From positions 1 to 64,000 of the IMG/VR virus record IMGVR_UViG_3300003860_000007: DNA of 64,000 nucleotides; one strand, given 5' to 3'. Source of the stretch: a virus. The notes below the pieces were generated by a model. It had not been told where the DNA came from. It searched no databases and saw nothing but the letters and a program-made list of their open reading frames with translations. The translations under genes and the position numbers were made by a program. Position 1 is the first letter of the stretch. Each line of letters starts with the position of its first letter. Below, in pieces: positions 54,501-63,997 of the stretch.

Positions 54501-55420
54501 AAGGTATTCAAGGTACTCAAGGGATTCAAGGTGCCCAAGGAACTCAAGGCGCTCAAGGTATAGATGGAATTCAAGGTGTTCAAGGTACTCAAGGAACACA
54601 GGGAACTCAAGGTACTCAAGGAACACAGGGAACTCAAGGAATTCAAGGTATAGATGGAATTCAAGGTATTCAAGGTACTCAAGGGACGCAAGGTGTCCAA
54701 GGAACACAGGGAACTCAAGGAACACAAGGTGCTCAAGGAACGCAAGGAACGCAGGGAATTCAAGGAGTTCAAGGAGTTCAAGGAGTTCAAGGAGTTCAGG
54801 GAAGACAAGGAACTCAGGGTACACAAGGAACTCAAGGTGTTCAAGGAAGACAAGGAATTCAAGGAATACAAGGATTAGATGGATTATATGCTGCTCAAGG
54901 AGTTCAAGGTACTCAAGGAATTCAAGGTCCTTCAGATGGTGCACAAGGTACTCAAGGAATTCAAGGAATTCAAGGTATTCAAGGTGTTCAAGGTGTTCAA
55001 GGTGTTCAAGGTGTTCAAGGAAGACAAGGAACTCAAGGAACTCAAGGAAGACAAGGAGCTACATCAGATGCACGTGTTAAAAAGAATGTTCGTCCATACG
55101 TTGATGGTATTAATATAATAGACCAAATAGAACCTGTTATATATCAATGGAATGGTTTATTTGGAACTCCAACAGATGATAAAGATGTTGTAGGAGTAAT
55201 TGGAAATGACCTTGAAAGAATACTTCCTACTGCAGTTTATAGAATTAAAGGAAAATTAGTTGAAGATGGTGTTGAATCTGAAGTAGTTCAAATTGATTAT
55301 CAACCAGTTATTTTAGCTCTAGTAAATGCAGTAAAAGAATTAAGTAAAAAAGTATATAATCTTGAAAAAGAAATGAGACTTTCAAAAGGAGCTCAAGGTG
55401 TACAGGATTTATTAAAATAA
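51533..55420 (+). CDS. Tail fibre protein with two collagen-like Gly-X-Y tracts and C-terminal S74 intramolecular-chaperone autoproteolytic domain
   Basis: Two long (G-T/I/V/A-Q)n tracts. C-terminal ...TSDARVKKNVRPYVDGINIIDQIEPVIYQWNG...YQPVILALVNAVKEL matches the endosialidase/T5-pb1-type chaperone SDxRxKxNI signature. Confidence 0.8.
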   Translation: MQFSNFSRLDEGLAITLYNTVPIENVGTLKYFTDNSQGTFTKKEFCWSFNNEYWSAWETLTQNGISSINTYGNYYLFVKIRYTLSSAGSGTVSTFNLNYLNGSATSTSPAYFHGDIESRDTSAVIIHDIIQSFDVIPIVDACTLSGYVGNYYLDRSHHKGQQPITSITGLQSALNTITTTQGIQGIQGIIGTQGIEGLQGIQGIQGIGTPGTQGSQGTQGTQGTQGAQGAQGTQGTQGTQGRQGIQGSQGTQGTQGTQGTQGTQGAQGIQGTQGTQGTQGIQGTQGTQGTQGTQGTQGIQGIQGIQGMYGIQGIQGISFSDASLSLYVPYTGATQDLSLNNHSIKSIDAIIFNQNITMPRQNGQLFYDTSNYTLGLHTADDVTLQLGQEQVMVVHNDTGNTIYNGEVVYITGTYNVDIPNVDLAKADIFSTAAAIGVATQNINPGAIGLITTNGIVHDVSTGGYTPGQFLYLSDISAGGLTPTAVISPSIWVRVAKVIQASDTAGSILVYVQIGRSITTLYDVGIINPQLDETLKWNGSRWINSTGSTVSAGAGVIYFLSDEISDISTYESASHVPSANPEVIEYKVINSSTHLVIDNYASEPSSGLGISLIDGGIWEFNTFASVADSLSATSEIKTFVYKRDYLGVETSLFSVTTGDINSETVMLYTTTSVQPSFVVNSSDRLIFRYEAWTDSSIDVSINLYHCGNTNYTHIHTPLATRHNDLAGLQGGLPDQFFHVNRAQLTVIENTSGVNTGNQDLSPYAVTVNVNSSINDVRSTYIPDSSLGNESFYYDVSNYLQSSAGSGVGIVGKWKYENIISDADPGTGYFRLNNADPSLATYAYINNFNLGGADVKNILLKLKVGDNFYVQKLPDSAEYATYVLTADASSATSYIKLAVNSINSSGSSFSDKKEFGFIFLFTSSTVGAQGIQGVQGTQGTQGTQGTQGTQGVQGTQGTQGIQGTDGIQGIQGTQGTQGTQGTQGIQGIDGIQGIQGTQGIQGAQGTQGAQGIDGIQGVQGTQGTQGTQGTQGTQGTQGIQGIDGIQGIQGTQGTQGVQGTQGTQGTQGAQGTQGTQGIQGVQGVQGVQGVQGRQGTQGTQGTQGVQGRQGIQGIQGLDGLYAAQGVQGTQGIQGPSDGAQGTQGIQGIQGIQGVQGVQGVQGVQGRQGTQGTQGRQGATSDARVKKNVRPYVDGINIIDQIEPVIYQWNGLFGTPTDDKDVVGVIGNDLERILPTAVYRIKGKLVEDGVESEVVQIDYQPVILALVNAVKELSKKVYNLEKEMRLSKGAQGVQDLLK
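52075..52460 (+). repeat. 9-bp-periodic collagen-like (GGN-ACN-CAR) tandem repeat tract 1
   Basis: GIQGIQGIIGTQGIEGLQGIQG...GTQGTQG coding repeats; spurious antisense ORFs map here. Confidence 0.8.
54290..55080 (+). repeat. Collagen-like tandem repeat tract 2
   Basis: About 260 aa of GxQ triplets (GAQGIQGVQGTQGTQG...). Confidence 0.8.
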
Positions 55421-55429
55421 ATAAAAACT

Positions 55430-55705
55430 ATGAAATTATTCGGAAAAGAAATTGGAAGAGATAAACTATTACATTTTGTTTCAGGATTTATTCTTGGAAT
55501 ATTAGGAATATGCATAACATTAATATTTACTTCAAAAATAATTTTATTAACTTTTTTTGGTATAGCTCTTCCAACATTTGTAGGAATATTAAAAGAGTTA
55601 CGTGATAGTTATGGAGCAGGACAAGTAGAAATGCTAGATGCTGCATTTACTATATTTGGAGGTATGTTAGCGACCATATTGATTTTATTATTTATTTTAT
55701 TATAA
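55430..55705 (+). CDS. Small membrane protein (three hydrophobic segments)
   Basis: ORF track; hydrophobicity. Confidence 0.35.
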   Translation: MKLFGKEIGRDKLLHFVSGFILGILGICITLIFTSKIILLTFFGIALPTFVGILKELRDSYGAGQVEMLDAAFTIFGGMLATILILLFILL

Positions 55706-55740
55706 GAAATTTTAATATCATGCGAGAGAAAATATAAATA

Positions 55741-56193
55741 TTGATAAATATAATAAAAACTATGTGTTTATTTAGAAGCAGTTCAAGTTCACAAGGAGCA
55801 CAAGGTCGTCAAGGTGCGCAGGGCACACAAGGTATACAAGGAATTCAAGGTATTAAAGGTGCTCAGGGAATTTCGGGAATTTCAGGAACTACTGGCTTAC
55901 AAGGTATTCAAGGATCGATTGGAGACGGTGTTACAAAATTATACGTTGACGGTTCATTGAATTCAAGAGATGCTTCAATAAATAGTATTTTTAATATCAT
56001 AAATAATAAACTTGATGCAACTTCTATATTTTATACAAAAATACAATCAGATTCTTTATATTATAAAATAGTTGCAAAGCCACTTAGTTCAACTTCTCCG
56101 GGACTTGTTGGATATATAGCTTTTGATTCAAGTTATTTATATGCATGCGTATCAACAAATAAGTGGACAAGAACAGTAATGTCTGCTTGGTAA
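55741..56193 (+). CDS. Short collagen-like fibre protein
   Basis: SSSSQGAQGRQGAQGTQGIQGIQGIKGAQGISGISGTTGLQGIQGSIGDG followed by a globular C-terminus. Confidence 0.55.
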   Translation: MINIIKTMCLFRSSSSSQGAQGRQGAQGTQGIQGIQGIKGAQGISGISGTTGLQGIQGSIGDGVTKLYVDGSLNSRDASINSIFNIINNKLDATSIFYTKIQSDSLYYKIVAKPLSSTSPGLVGYIAFDSSYLYACVSTNKWTRTVMSAW

Positions 56194-56240
56194 AATAAAA
56201 TAAATTCAAAAGTTATACTTTTAAGGACGAGACAATCTAT

Positions 56241-59200
56241 ATGAAATCAATAATACTAAGATATTTAGGAAAGATATTAAGATTTGCCAATAAAGTTTTT
56301 AGAGTTCCTCATTATAATCTTGTTTTAGAATTTGTAACTAATGCTGGAATTGGTCAGACATTTGATGCATCAATAGGAGTAATACCAGACATTATTCTTA
56401 AATGGGATTTGGGTGATGCATCAACAGTTTTTGCAAATTCTGTAAATCATAATTATACGTATAATGGAAATAAAACTGTCAAAGTATATTCAGACAATGT
56501 AAATGATATCACTGCTATAATACAACGTGTAGGGGGTACTAGTGGTACATTTATAACAGGAACTTTAGATATATCCGCACTTACTAATTTAAATTCTTTA
56601 TTTATATATGAAGCAAGTTTGAATAAAATACTTAATCCAGTTTCATCGCAAGTATTTAGATATTATAGTATATTGGATTCTGGTTTAACTGGAACTTTAG
56701 ATGTTTCAGGACTTACAGGATTAGGTGGAGATTTTGAAGTTTATAATAATCCAAATCTTACACAGATACTTAATCCAGATTCATCTCAAGTATTTACGTC
56801 TTATTATGCATATGATTGTAATTTGACTGGAATTTTAGATATTTCAGGACTTACCGGATTAGGTGGAGATTTTGAAGTTTATAATAATCCAAATCTTACA
56901 CAGATACTTAATCCGGATTCGTCTCAAGTATTTGAATATTATTTTGCATATGATTGTAATTTAACTAGAACATTAGATTTAAGAGGACTTATAGGATTAG
57001 GTGGACAGTTTGATGTTGCGCCAAGTCCGAATCTTATTGAAATACTTAATCCAGATTCATCTCAATTATTTACAGGATATTATGCATATGATTGTAGTCT
57101 TAATGGAACTTTAGACTTAAGAGGACTTACAGGATTAGGTGGAGATTTTCAAGTTAATAATAATCCAAATCTTACACACATACTTAATCCAGATTCATCT
57201 CAAGTATTTGTTGGTTATTATGCATATCAATGTAATTTAACAGATACTTTGGATCTTCGAGGACTTACAGGATTGGGCGGATATTTTGGTGTTGATAATA
57301 ATCCAAATCTTACACAGATACTTAATCCAAATTCATCTCAAGTATTTTATTGGTATATGGCATATGATTGTGATTTAACTGGAACTTTAGATGTATCAGG
57401 ACTTACAGGATTAAGTGGAGATTTTCAAGTTAATAATAATCCAAATCTTACACAAATATTTAATCCAACTTCTTCTCAAATATTTAATACTTATTATGCA
57501 TATGATTGCAGTCTTAATGGAACTTTAGATGTTTCGGGACTTACGGGATTGTGTGGACGATTTCACGTTTACAATAATCGTAATTTAACTCAAATACTTA
57601 ATCCAGATTCATCTCAAGTATTTACACGATATTGGGCATATCAGTGTAACTTAACTGGAACTTTAGATTTACGAGGACTTACAGGATTAGGTGGAGATTT
57701 TGAAGTTTTTGATAATCCAAATCTTACGCAGATACTTAATCCGGATTCATCTCAATTATTTACGTGGTATGTAGCATGCAATTGTAACCTAACTGGAACT
57801 CTAGATGTATCGTCTTTAAGTGGTTTAGGTGGTTGGTATCATAGATTTGATATTCATAATAATCCAAATTTAACATCTATATTATTGCCTACAGCAAGTT
57901 TAGAATTTGTATATTTTCATGCTTATGATTGTTCTTTAGATTTATTTACAGTTAATGATATATTTGCTAAATTAAATACATGGTATAGCAGTAACACTCC
58001 AACGTATTCATTGTATGTAAATCTAAGCGGCGGCAAAAACATGCCGCCTACAGGAAGCTATTCTAATTCTGATATAGTTAGCTTATATTCTATATTTGCG
58101 GGTGCTGGACAGACTCTTGAAATAATTATAAATCAAGAAGAATTTATAACTAAGTGGAAGACAGACAATGATGGCTCAACAAACTCGACATCTATAGGTA
58201 TTCCAACTACAGGTTCGGGATATGACTGCAGTATCTTTTGGGGTGATGGCAGTATAGGTAGTTATACTGGGTCACCCGAATTAATAACTCATGATTATGG
58301 AGAAGCTAGTACATACACAGTTAAAATCTCGGGAACATTTCCAAGGATATTCTTTAATTATGAAAATGACTGTCTGAAGTTAGTGGAATTAGTAAACTGG
58401 GGTGTAGGTGAGTGGGACTCAATGGAAGCAGCATTTGCTGGATGCGAGAACATGGTCGCAACTTACGTAGATGTGCCAAGAACATCGAGCGTAACTAATA
58501 TGGTAGCGATGTTTGATAGTTGTTATTTATTTAATGGAAAAGTAGATTTTGATACATCTAATGTAACAAATATGGATGGCATTCTTTCTTCATGTTATCT
58601 ATTTAATCAATCAGTATCAAAATTTAATACATTAAATGTAACAAATATGTTTATGATGTTTAATTATTGTTTTGCATTTAATCAATTAGTTTCAAATTTT
58701 GACACATCTAATGTAACTAATATGGCAGCGATGTTTAATAGTTGTTATTTATTTAATCAATCTGTTTCCAATTTTGATACATCAAAAGTAACACGCATGG
58801 ATTATATGTTTGCTTATTGTTTTGCATTTAATCAATTAGTTTCAAATTTTGACACATCTAATGTAACAAATATGGATGGCATTCTTTCTTCATGTTATCT
58901 ATTTAATCAATCTGTTTCCAATTTTGATACATCAAAAGTAACACGCATGGATTATATGTTTGCTGGTTGTTATGTATTTAATCAATCACTTGTTAATTTT
59001 GATACATCGAAAGTAATAGATATGCAATATATGTTTTATGATGCTTCTTCATTTAATCAATCATTGGCTACTTTCAATGTTCAAGATGTGTCTTACATGG
59101 ATGATATGCTCAATGGCGCTAATGCATGGTCCACACCTAACTATGACTCTACACTTATTGCTTGGGCAGGTGAAACAAGTACTTATACTGATAATTTTGA

Positions 59201-62200
59201 ATCGTATGCAGTAGACACATCACTTGCAGGAAATAGCAGATGGTTTGAATTGGATAATTGGTTATCTCCTATGATTAGAGATGTTAGTTCTAATAAAGTA
59301 ATATCATTTGAAGAAGATTGGCGCATTTCAGGTATAGATGTATCATCTAAAGATATTGCTGTTAGCTTTAAGTTTATATCAACATACACAGAAGAAACTA
59401 CATATTTTATGATTTCTATATTTGGTAATATTGAATATACATCTGCAGGGATATGGTTAGTTTGGGCAAATGATGGTGTGTATGTTTATTTTAGAATGTT
59501 CGGAGAGTCAGCAGCATATGGACAGTTATTAAGAACTATTCCATATAATAATGGTGATATTGTAACTATCACTAAAAATGGTAGTTATGTTAATTTTTAT
59601 TGTAATGGCGTAATTGATTCTTCTTTTGGTCAACATAGCCTGCATCCTGAGTGGGGAGATAAAGGAGAATACATTATATCTAACATAGATACTAGTAATG
59701 GAGTAATATGGATTGAAGGAACAGAAAATGCTGGGCATAGTTTTCAAGTTGATGATTTTTCTATAATTGCAACAAATCTTCAACCCAATGTTAACTTTCA
59801 TGCTGGAGATGCTATGTATACTTGGGGAGCTCCAACAGTTTCAAGAGGAATTTTGACAAGCCCTCCTAACAATTGGACAATTACAGATGGTGGTCAATTA
59901 CCAATTTTTCAATTTGTGACTAATGCATCAACTGATATATTTGACCCATCTATTGGAGTTTCTGCAGGAACTTTAGTATGGGATTTAGATGATGCATCTT
60001 CAGCCGTAGTTGCAAATAGTTTAGAACATACATATACAAGTGCAGGAAATAAAACCGTGACAATATATGCAGGAAGTGTTAGTGAGTATAGCAGTATTAC
60101 TTCCATAGAAATAAATACAGATAATATAGTAGGAGTTTTAGATATTTCATCATTTTATAATTTAGGAAGTTGGTTTACTGCTAGTCGTAATTCACTTCTT
60201 ACACATATACTTAATCCAGATTCATCTCAGGTATTTGATATAGGATATGCTGCATATGGTTGTGATTTAACGGGAACTTTAGATGTATCAGGACTTACAG
60301 GATTAGGTGGATATTTTGATGTTGATAGTAATTCAAATCTAACTCAGATACTTAATCCCTTTTCATCACAAGTGTTTACATATTATTATGCGTATAGTTG
60401 TGATTTAACTGGAACTTTAGATTTACAAGGACTTACAGGATTAGGCGGAGAGTTTCAAGTTTTTAATAATTCAAATTTAACTTCTATACTTAATCCAGAT
60501 TCATCTCAAATATTTGATGGATATTCAGCAAGAGATTGTAGTTTAGCCGGAACTTTAGACTTAAGAAGTTTAACAAATTTAGGTGGACTTACTCAATGGA
60601 TTGAATTCGAAAAGAATTCTAATCTTACACAGATACTTTTTCCGAATTCGCCTCAACCTATTAAAGAAGGATTAAGTGCTTGGAATTGTAATCTAACTGG
60701 AACACTAGACATATCAGGACTTACGGGATTAGGTGGATGGTTTTCTGTTAGTTCTAATCCAAATCTAACTCAGATACTTAATCCAGTTTCATTTCAAATC
60801 TTCACCTGGTATTCTGCACGTAATTGTAATTTAACTGGAACATTAGATTTAACAGGACTTACGGGATTAGGAGGAGTTTTTCACGCTGATAGTAATTCAA
60901 ATCTTACACAAATACTTAACCCCGATTCATCTCAAATATTTAATACTTATTTTGCATATAATTGTAATTTAACTGGAACTTTAGATGTATCAGGACTTAC
61001 AGGATTAAGTGGAGATTTTCAAGTTAATAATAATCCAAATCTTACACAAATACTTAATCCAGATTCATCTCAAGTATTTATATATTATTATGCATATAAT
61101 TGTAGCTTATCAGGAACTTTAGATGTATCTGGACTTACAAGTTTAGGCGGAGAATTTGATGTCTATAATAATCCAAATCTTATACAGATATTATTTCCAG
61201 ATTCATCTCAAGTATTTACAGATTTTGCATTAAGTTCTAATAATCTAACTGGAACCTTAGATTTAACAGGGCTTACAGGTTTTTGTAAATGGTTTTATGC
61301 GCATAATAATCCAAATCTTATACAAATACTTAATCCAGATTCATCACAAATATTTGAAATTTATTGGGCACATGATTGTAATTTAACAGGAATATTAGAT
61401 GTTTCATCACTTACTGGATTAGGGGGAGATTTTAAAATTTATAACAATTCAAATCTTACTTCAATATTATTACCAACAATAAATCAAGAATTTACAACAT
61501 TTAATGCTAATAACTGTGCTCTAGATGCATCTGCTGTCGATGATATTTTATATAAACTTGATACTTGGTATTCTAGTAATCCGCCAACAACTACTTTAAC
61601 ACTTAATCTTGCTGATGGTAATAACATGTCACCTACAGATGGAAGTTCTAATGCAAATCTGATTCACTTACAATCTGTGTTTACAAGTGCTGGAAAAACT
61701 TTAAATGCAAGTATAAACGATTATATATTTAAGCTTGTAACAGATGCTTCATCAAGAGCATTTGACCCAACAATAACTACTTCTGCTGGAACTCTTCACT
61801 GGGATTTAGGAGATGGTTATATAATAGATTCAAATAATTTTAGTTATAATTATACATTACCTGGAAATAAAACTGTTAAAGTGTATAAAGGAACAACTAA
61901 CGGAAGATCTGGTATTACACAAATAATACTTGACGAGGATAATTTAATTGGAACTTTAGATTTAAGAGGACTTACAAAATTACAGGGATATTTTACTGTT
62001 GCTTATAATTCAAATCTCACACGGATACTTAATCCAGTTTCATCAGAAGTATTTACTACTTATCATGCGTATTTTTCTAATTTAACTGGAACGTTGGATG
62101 TTTCAGGACTTACAGGATTAGGAGGATATTTTAATGTTGGAATTAACCCAAATCTTACACAGATACTTAATCCAGTTTCATCTCAATTATTTAATGAATA

Positions 62201-63113
62201 TTATGTATATTCATCTAATTTAACTGGAACGTTAGATTTACGAGGACTTACGGGATTAGGTAAAGAATTTGCTGTTGGTAATAATCCAAATCTTACACAA
62301 ATACTTAATCCAGATTCATCACAAGTATTTACAGGTTATGCTGCGCAGGCGTGTAATTTAACTGATACTTTAGATTTAAGAGGACTTACGGGATTGGGAG
62401 GGCGTTTCAGTATTAGTACTAATCCTAATCTTACTCAAATACTTAATCCAGATTCATCTCAAGTATTTATTACTTATATAGCATATGGTTGTAATTTAAC
62501 TGGAACTTTAGATGTAACAGGACTTACAGGATTAGGTGGAGAGTTTAAAGTATATAATAATCCAAATCTTACACAAATACTTAATCCAGATTCATCTCAA
62601 GTATTTACTGGTTATGATGTAGATGCTTGTAATCTAACTGGAACCTTAGATTTAAGAGGACTTACAGGATTAGGTGGATACTTTGATGCTACTAATAATC
62701 CAAATCTTACTCAAATACTCAATCCCGTTTCATCTCAAACATATGAATATGGTTATTATGCTTATGATTGTAATTTAACAGGTATTTTAGATGTTTCAGG
62801 ACTTACTGGATTAGGCAGAGATTTTCAAGTTTATAACAATTCAAATCTAACATCGATATTATTACCTACTATAAATCAAGAATTTAGTCAATTTCATGCT
62901 TACGATTGTTCTTTAGATTCATTCACAGTTAACGATGTATTTGCAAAATTTGATACTTGGTATTCTAGCAATCCGCCAACGCAAAGTTTACAAATTTATT
63001 TGAAAGGTGGAAATAATGCATCTCCAACAGACGGATCTTCTAACACAAATATCGTTCATTTAGAATCTATATTTAGTGGAGCTGGAAAAACATTTACTTA
63101 TAATATCAACTGA
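56241..63113 (+). CDS. Giant (2290 aa) repeat-rich virion/adhesin-like protein with three internally duplicated ~500-aa segments
   Basis: About 28 copies of a ~47-aa repeat (LTGTLDVSGLTGLGGDFxVxNNPNLTQILNPDSSQVF...YAYDCNLTG) in three arrays. A central array of ~26-residue FDTSNVTNM..MF..C..FNQS repeats. Three segments each begin P.F.FVTNA...FD.SIGV...WDLGDAS and end ...DTWYSSNPPT...GGNNM.PTDGSSN. Confidence 0.7.
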   Translation: MKSIILRYLGKILRFANKVFRVPHYNLVLEFVTNAGIGQTFDASIGVIPDIILKWDLGDASTVFANSVNHNYTYNGNKTVKVYSDNVNDITAIIQRVGGTSGTFITGTLDISALTNLNSLFIYEASLNKILNPVSSQVFRYYSILDSGLTGTLDVSGLTGLGGDFEVYNNPNLTQILNPDSSQVFTSYYAYDCNLTGILDISGLTGLGGDFEVYNNPNLTQILNPDSSQVFEYYFAYDCNLTRTLDLRGLIGLGGQFDVAPSPNLIEILNPDSSQLFTGYYAYDCSLNGTLDLRGLTGLGGDFQVNNNPNLTHILNPDSSQVFVGYYAYQCNLTDTLDLRGLTGLGGYFGVDNNPNLTQILNPNSSQVFYWYMAYDCDLTGTLDVSGLTGLSGDFQVNNNPNLTQIFNPTSSQIFNTYYAYDCSLNGTLDVSGLTGLCGRFHVYNNRNLTQILNPDSSQVFTRYWAYQCNLTGTLDLRGLTGLGGDFEVFDNPNLTQILNPDSSQLFTWYVACNCNLTGTLDVSSLSGLGGWYHRFDIHNNPNLTSILLPTASLEFVYFHAYDCSLDLFTVNDIFAKLNTWYSSNTPTYSLYVNLSGGKNMPPTGSYSNSDIVSLYSIFAGAGQTLEIIINQEEFITKWKTDNDGSTNSTSIGIPTTGSGYDCSIFWGDGSIGSYTGSPELITHDYGEASTYTVKISGTFPRIFFNYENDCLKLVELVNWGVGEWDSMEAAFAGCENMVATYVDVPRTSSVTNMVAMFDSCYLFNGKVDFDTSNVTNMDGILSSCYLFNQSVSKFNTLNVTNMFMMFNYCFAFNQLVSNFDTSNVTNMAAMFNSCYLFNQSVSNFDTSKVTRMDYMFAYCFAFNQLVSNFDTSNVTNMDGILSSCYLFNQSVSNFDTSKVTRMDYMFAGCYVFNQSLVNFDTSKVIDMQYMFYDASSFNQSLATFNVQDVSYMDDMLNGANAWSTPNYDSTLIAWAGETSTYTDNFESYAVDTSLAGNSRWFELDNWLSPMIRDVSSNKVISFEEDWRISGIDVSSKDIAVSFKFISTYTEETTYFMISIFGNIEYTSAGIWLVWANDGVYVYFRMFGESAAYGQLLRTIPYNNGDIVTITKNGSYVNFYCNGVIDSSFGQHSLHPEWGDKGEYIISNIDTSNGVIWIEGTENAGHSFQVDDFSIIATNLQPNVNFHAGDAMYTWGAPTVSRGILTSPPNNWTITDGGQLPIFQFVTNASTDIFDPSIGVSAGTLVWDLDDASSAVVANSLEHTYTSAGNKTVTIYAGSVSEYSSITSIEINTDNIVGVLDISSFYNLGSWFTASRNSLLTHILNPDSSQVFDIGYAAYGCDLTGTLDVSGLTGLGGYFDVDSNSNLTQILNPFSSQVFTYYYAYSCDLTGTLDLQGLTGLGGEFQVFNNSNLTSILNPDSSQIFDGYSARDCSLAGTLDLRSLTNLGGLTQWIEFEKNSNLTQILFPNSPQPIKEGLSAWNCNLTGTLDISGLTGLGGWFSVSSNPNLTQILNPVSFQIFTWYSARNCNLTGTLDLTGLTGLGGVFHADSNSNLTQILNPDSSQIFNTYFAYNCNLTGTLDVSGLTGLSGDFQVNNNPNLTQILNPDSSQVFIYYYAYNCSLSGTLDVSGLTSLGGEFDVYNNPNLIQILFPDSSQVFTDFALSSNNLTGTLDLTGLTGFCKWFYAHNNPNLIQILNPDSSQIFEIYWAHDCNLTGILDVSSLTGLGGDFKIYNNSNLTSILLPTINQEFTTFNANNCALDASAVDDILYKLDTWYSSNPPTTTLTLNLADGNNMSPTDGSSNANLIHLQSVFTSAGKTLNASINDYIFKLVTDASSRAFDPTITTSAGTLHWDLGDGYIIDSNNFSYNYTLPGNKTVKVYKGTTNGRSGITQIILDEDNLIGTLDLRGLTKLQGYFTVAYNSNLTRILNPVSSEVFTTYHAYFSNLTGTLDVSGLTGLGGYFNVGINPNLTQILNPVSSQLFNEYYVYSSNLTGTLDLRGLTGLGKEFAVGNNPNLTQILNPDSSQVFTGYAAQACNLTDTLDLRGLTGLGGRFSISTNPNLTQILNPDSSQVFITYIAYGCNLTGTLDVTGLTGLGGEFKVYNNPNLTQILNPDSSQVFTGYDVDACNLTGTLDLRGLTGLGGYFDATNNPNLTQILNPVSSQTYEYGYYAYDCNLTGILDVSGLTGLGRDFQVYNNSNLTSILLPTINQEFSQFHAYDCSLDSFTVNDVFAKFDTWYSSNPPTQSLQIYLKGGNNASPTDGSSNTNIVHLESIFSGAGKTFTYNIN
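56520..57920 (+). repeat. Array 1 of ~141-bp (47-aa) coding repeats
   Basis: Recurrent aatccaaatcttacacagatacttaatccagattcatctcaagtattt units. Confidence 0.7.
58550..59060 (+). repeat. Array of ~26-residue surface-protein-type repeats (FDTSNVTNM...)
   Basis: ttgatacatctaatgtaacaaatatg units repeated about 8 times. Confidence 0.6.
60140..62930 (+). repeat. Arrays 2 and 3 of 47-aa coding repeats
   Basis: Same unit as array 1. Confidence 0.7.
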
Positions 63114-63184
63114 CATCAATCAACCAAATAAAAAGAAATATATAAAATAAATTAAAGTAATTTTTTCTATAACTTAAGTAACTT

Positions 63185-63997
63185 TCATTCAAATTGATAA
63201 CACAGAATCTTACTTTTTATAGAGTCCATCTGAAAAACTTTAAAAAGAGAACTTTCTTCTAAAGAAACTCGATACTTCAGTTTCGAGTTTTTTGTGTGCT
63301 TAAACAGTTCTGTCCAGTCTTTAACTTCTTTGCCCAATTGTTTCTTCCATAGATTATTGAGTAAAGTTTTGATAGAAAATTCTGGATAAAATTGTTTATT
63401 TTTTAAAATTATGACGTTAAATCCTCTTCTTGCTATCTCAAGTGACGCATTAATTGGATCAAAATAACTATATTGTGTATTGCCAATTATTGATGTGTAC
63501 ATCGGATTCACTTTAAAAACTTTCATTCCTAAGTTAGTTACACGCTTTGTCAAGTTCTTAATGAAATAGTCTCTTTTCCATAAGTTTTTAGTGAGTCTGT
63601 TAAGTATATGACTTTTATCTAAATTGGCTTTGGCGAGGTTCTTAAGATCCTCAACAAAGACGAAACGACATTTGAATTGTTTTGCAAGTAAACTTATATG
63701 TTTAGCTGCTAATATAGTTTCATGCTTGAGCTTGTTATTAAGATATTTAAAACGTTTACTGTCAGAACTGTTATTTTCATTTAAAATTTTATCAATTAAT
63801 AACTTAAAGTCAAAACACTGAGTATGCAATATCATCTCATTCTCTTTAATAGAAATTCCTATATAATTAGGATTTAAATCAATACCCATGTAAACTTGTT
63901 GGTTTAATTCTACTTTTTCTTTGAGTTCTTCATAAGTAAAATAAACATAAGATTCATTTAGCCTTACACCTACAGTCAAATCATTAGAACTTGACAT
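63185..63997 (-). CDS. TnpB-like (IS200/IS605 OrfB-type) RuvC-fold nuclease lacking the zinc finger; N-terminus may extend beyond the window
   Basis: RuvC-I YMGIDLNPNYIGISI, RuvC-II RFVFVEDL, NPMYTS, RuvC-III/C-terminal FDPINASLEIARRGF (compare D.DxNAAxNIARRG). No CxxC pairs between them. The frame is still open at 63998-64000. Confidence 0.5.
   Translation of the reverse strand: MSSSNDLTVGVRLNESYVYFTYEELKEKVELNQQVYMGIDLNPNYIGISIKENEMILHTQCFDFKLLIDKILNENNSSDSKRFKYLNNKLKHETILAAKHISLLAKQFKCRFVFVEDLKNLAKANLDKSHILNRLTKNLWKRDYFIKNLTKRVTNLGMKVFKVNPMYTSIIGNTQYSYFDPINASLEIARRGFNVIILKNKQFYPEFSIKTLLNNLWKKQLGKEVKDWTELFKHTKNSKLKYRVSLEESSLFKVFQMDSIKSKILCYQFE

Noticed and set aside
52075-55080. CRISPR array in the highly regular short repeats
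   Set aside because: The repeats are 9-bp coding triplets (Gly-X-Y) inside one long ORF, without spacer/repeat alternation of CRISPR size. No cas genes are present.
52068-55118. ORF-track ORFs on the minus strand and in alternate frames inside the collagen repeat tracts (52068..52412, 52124..52477, 52326..52550, 54284..54871, 54288..54944, 54654..54878, 54879..55118)
   Set aside because: Low-complexity translations (LEFLEF..., SLNSLN..., KEFKEF...) generated by the 9-bp periodic repeat. They lie entirely within the strongly supported + strand tail-fibre gene.
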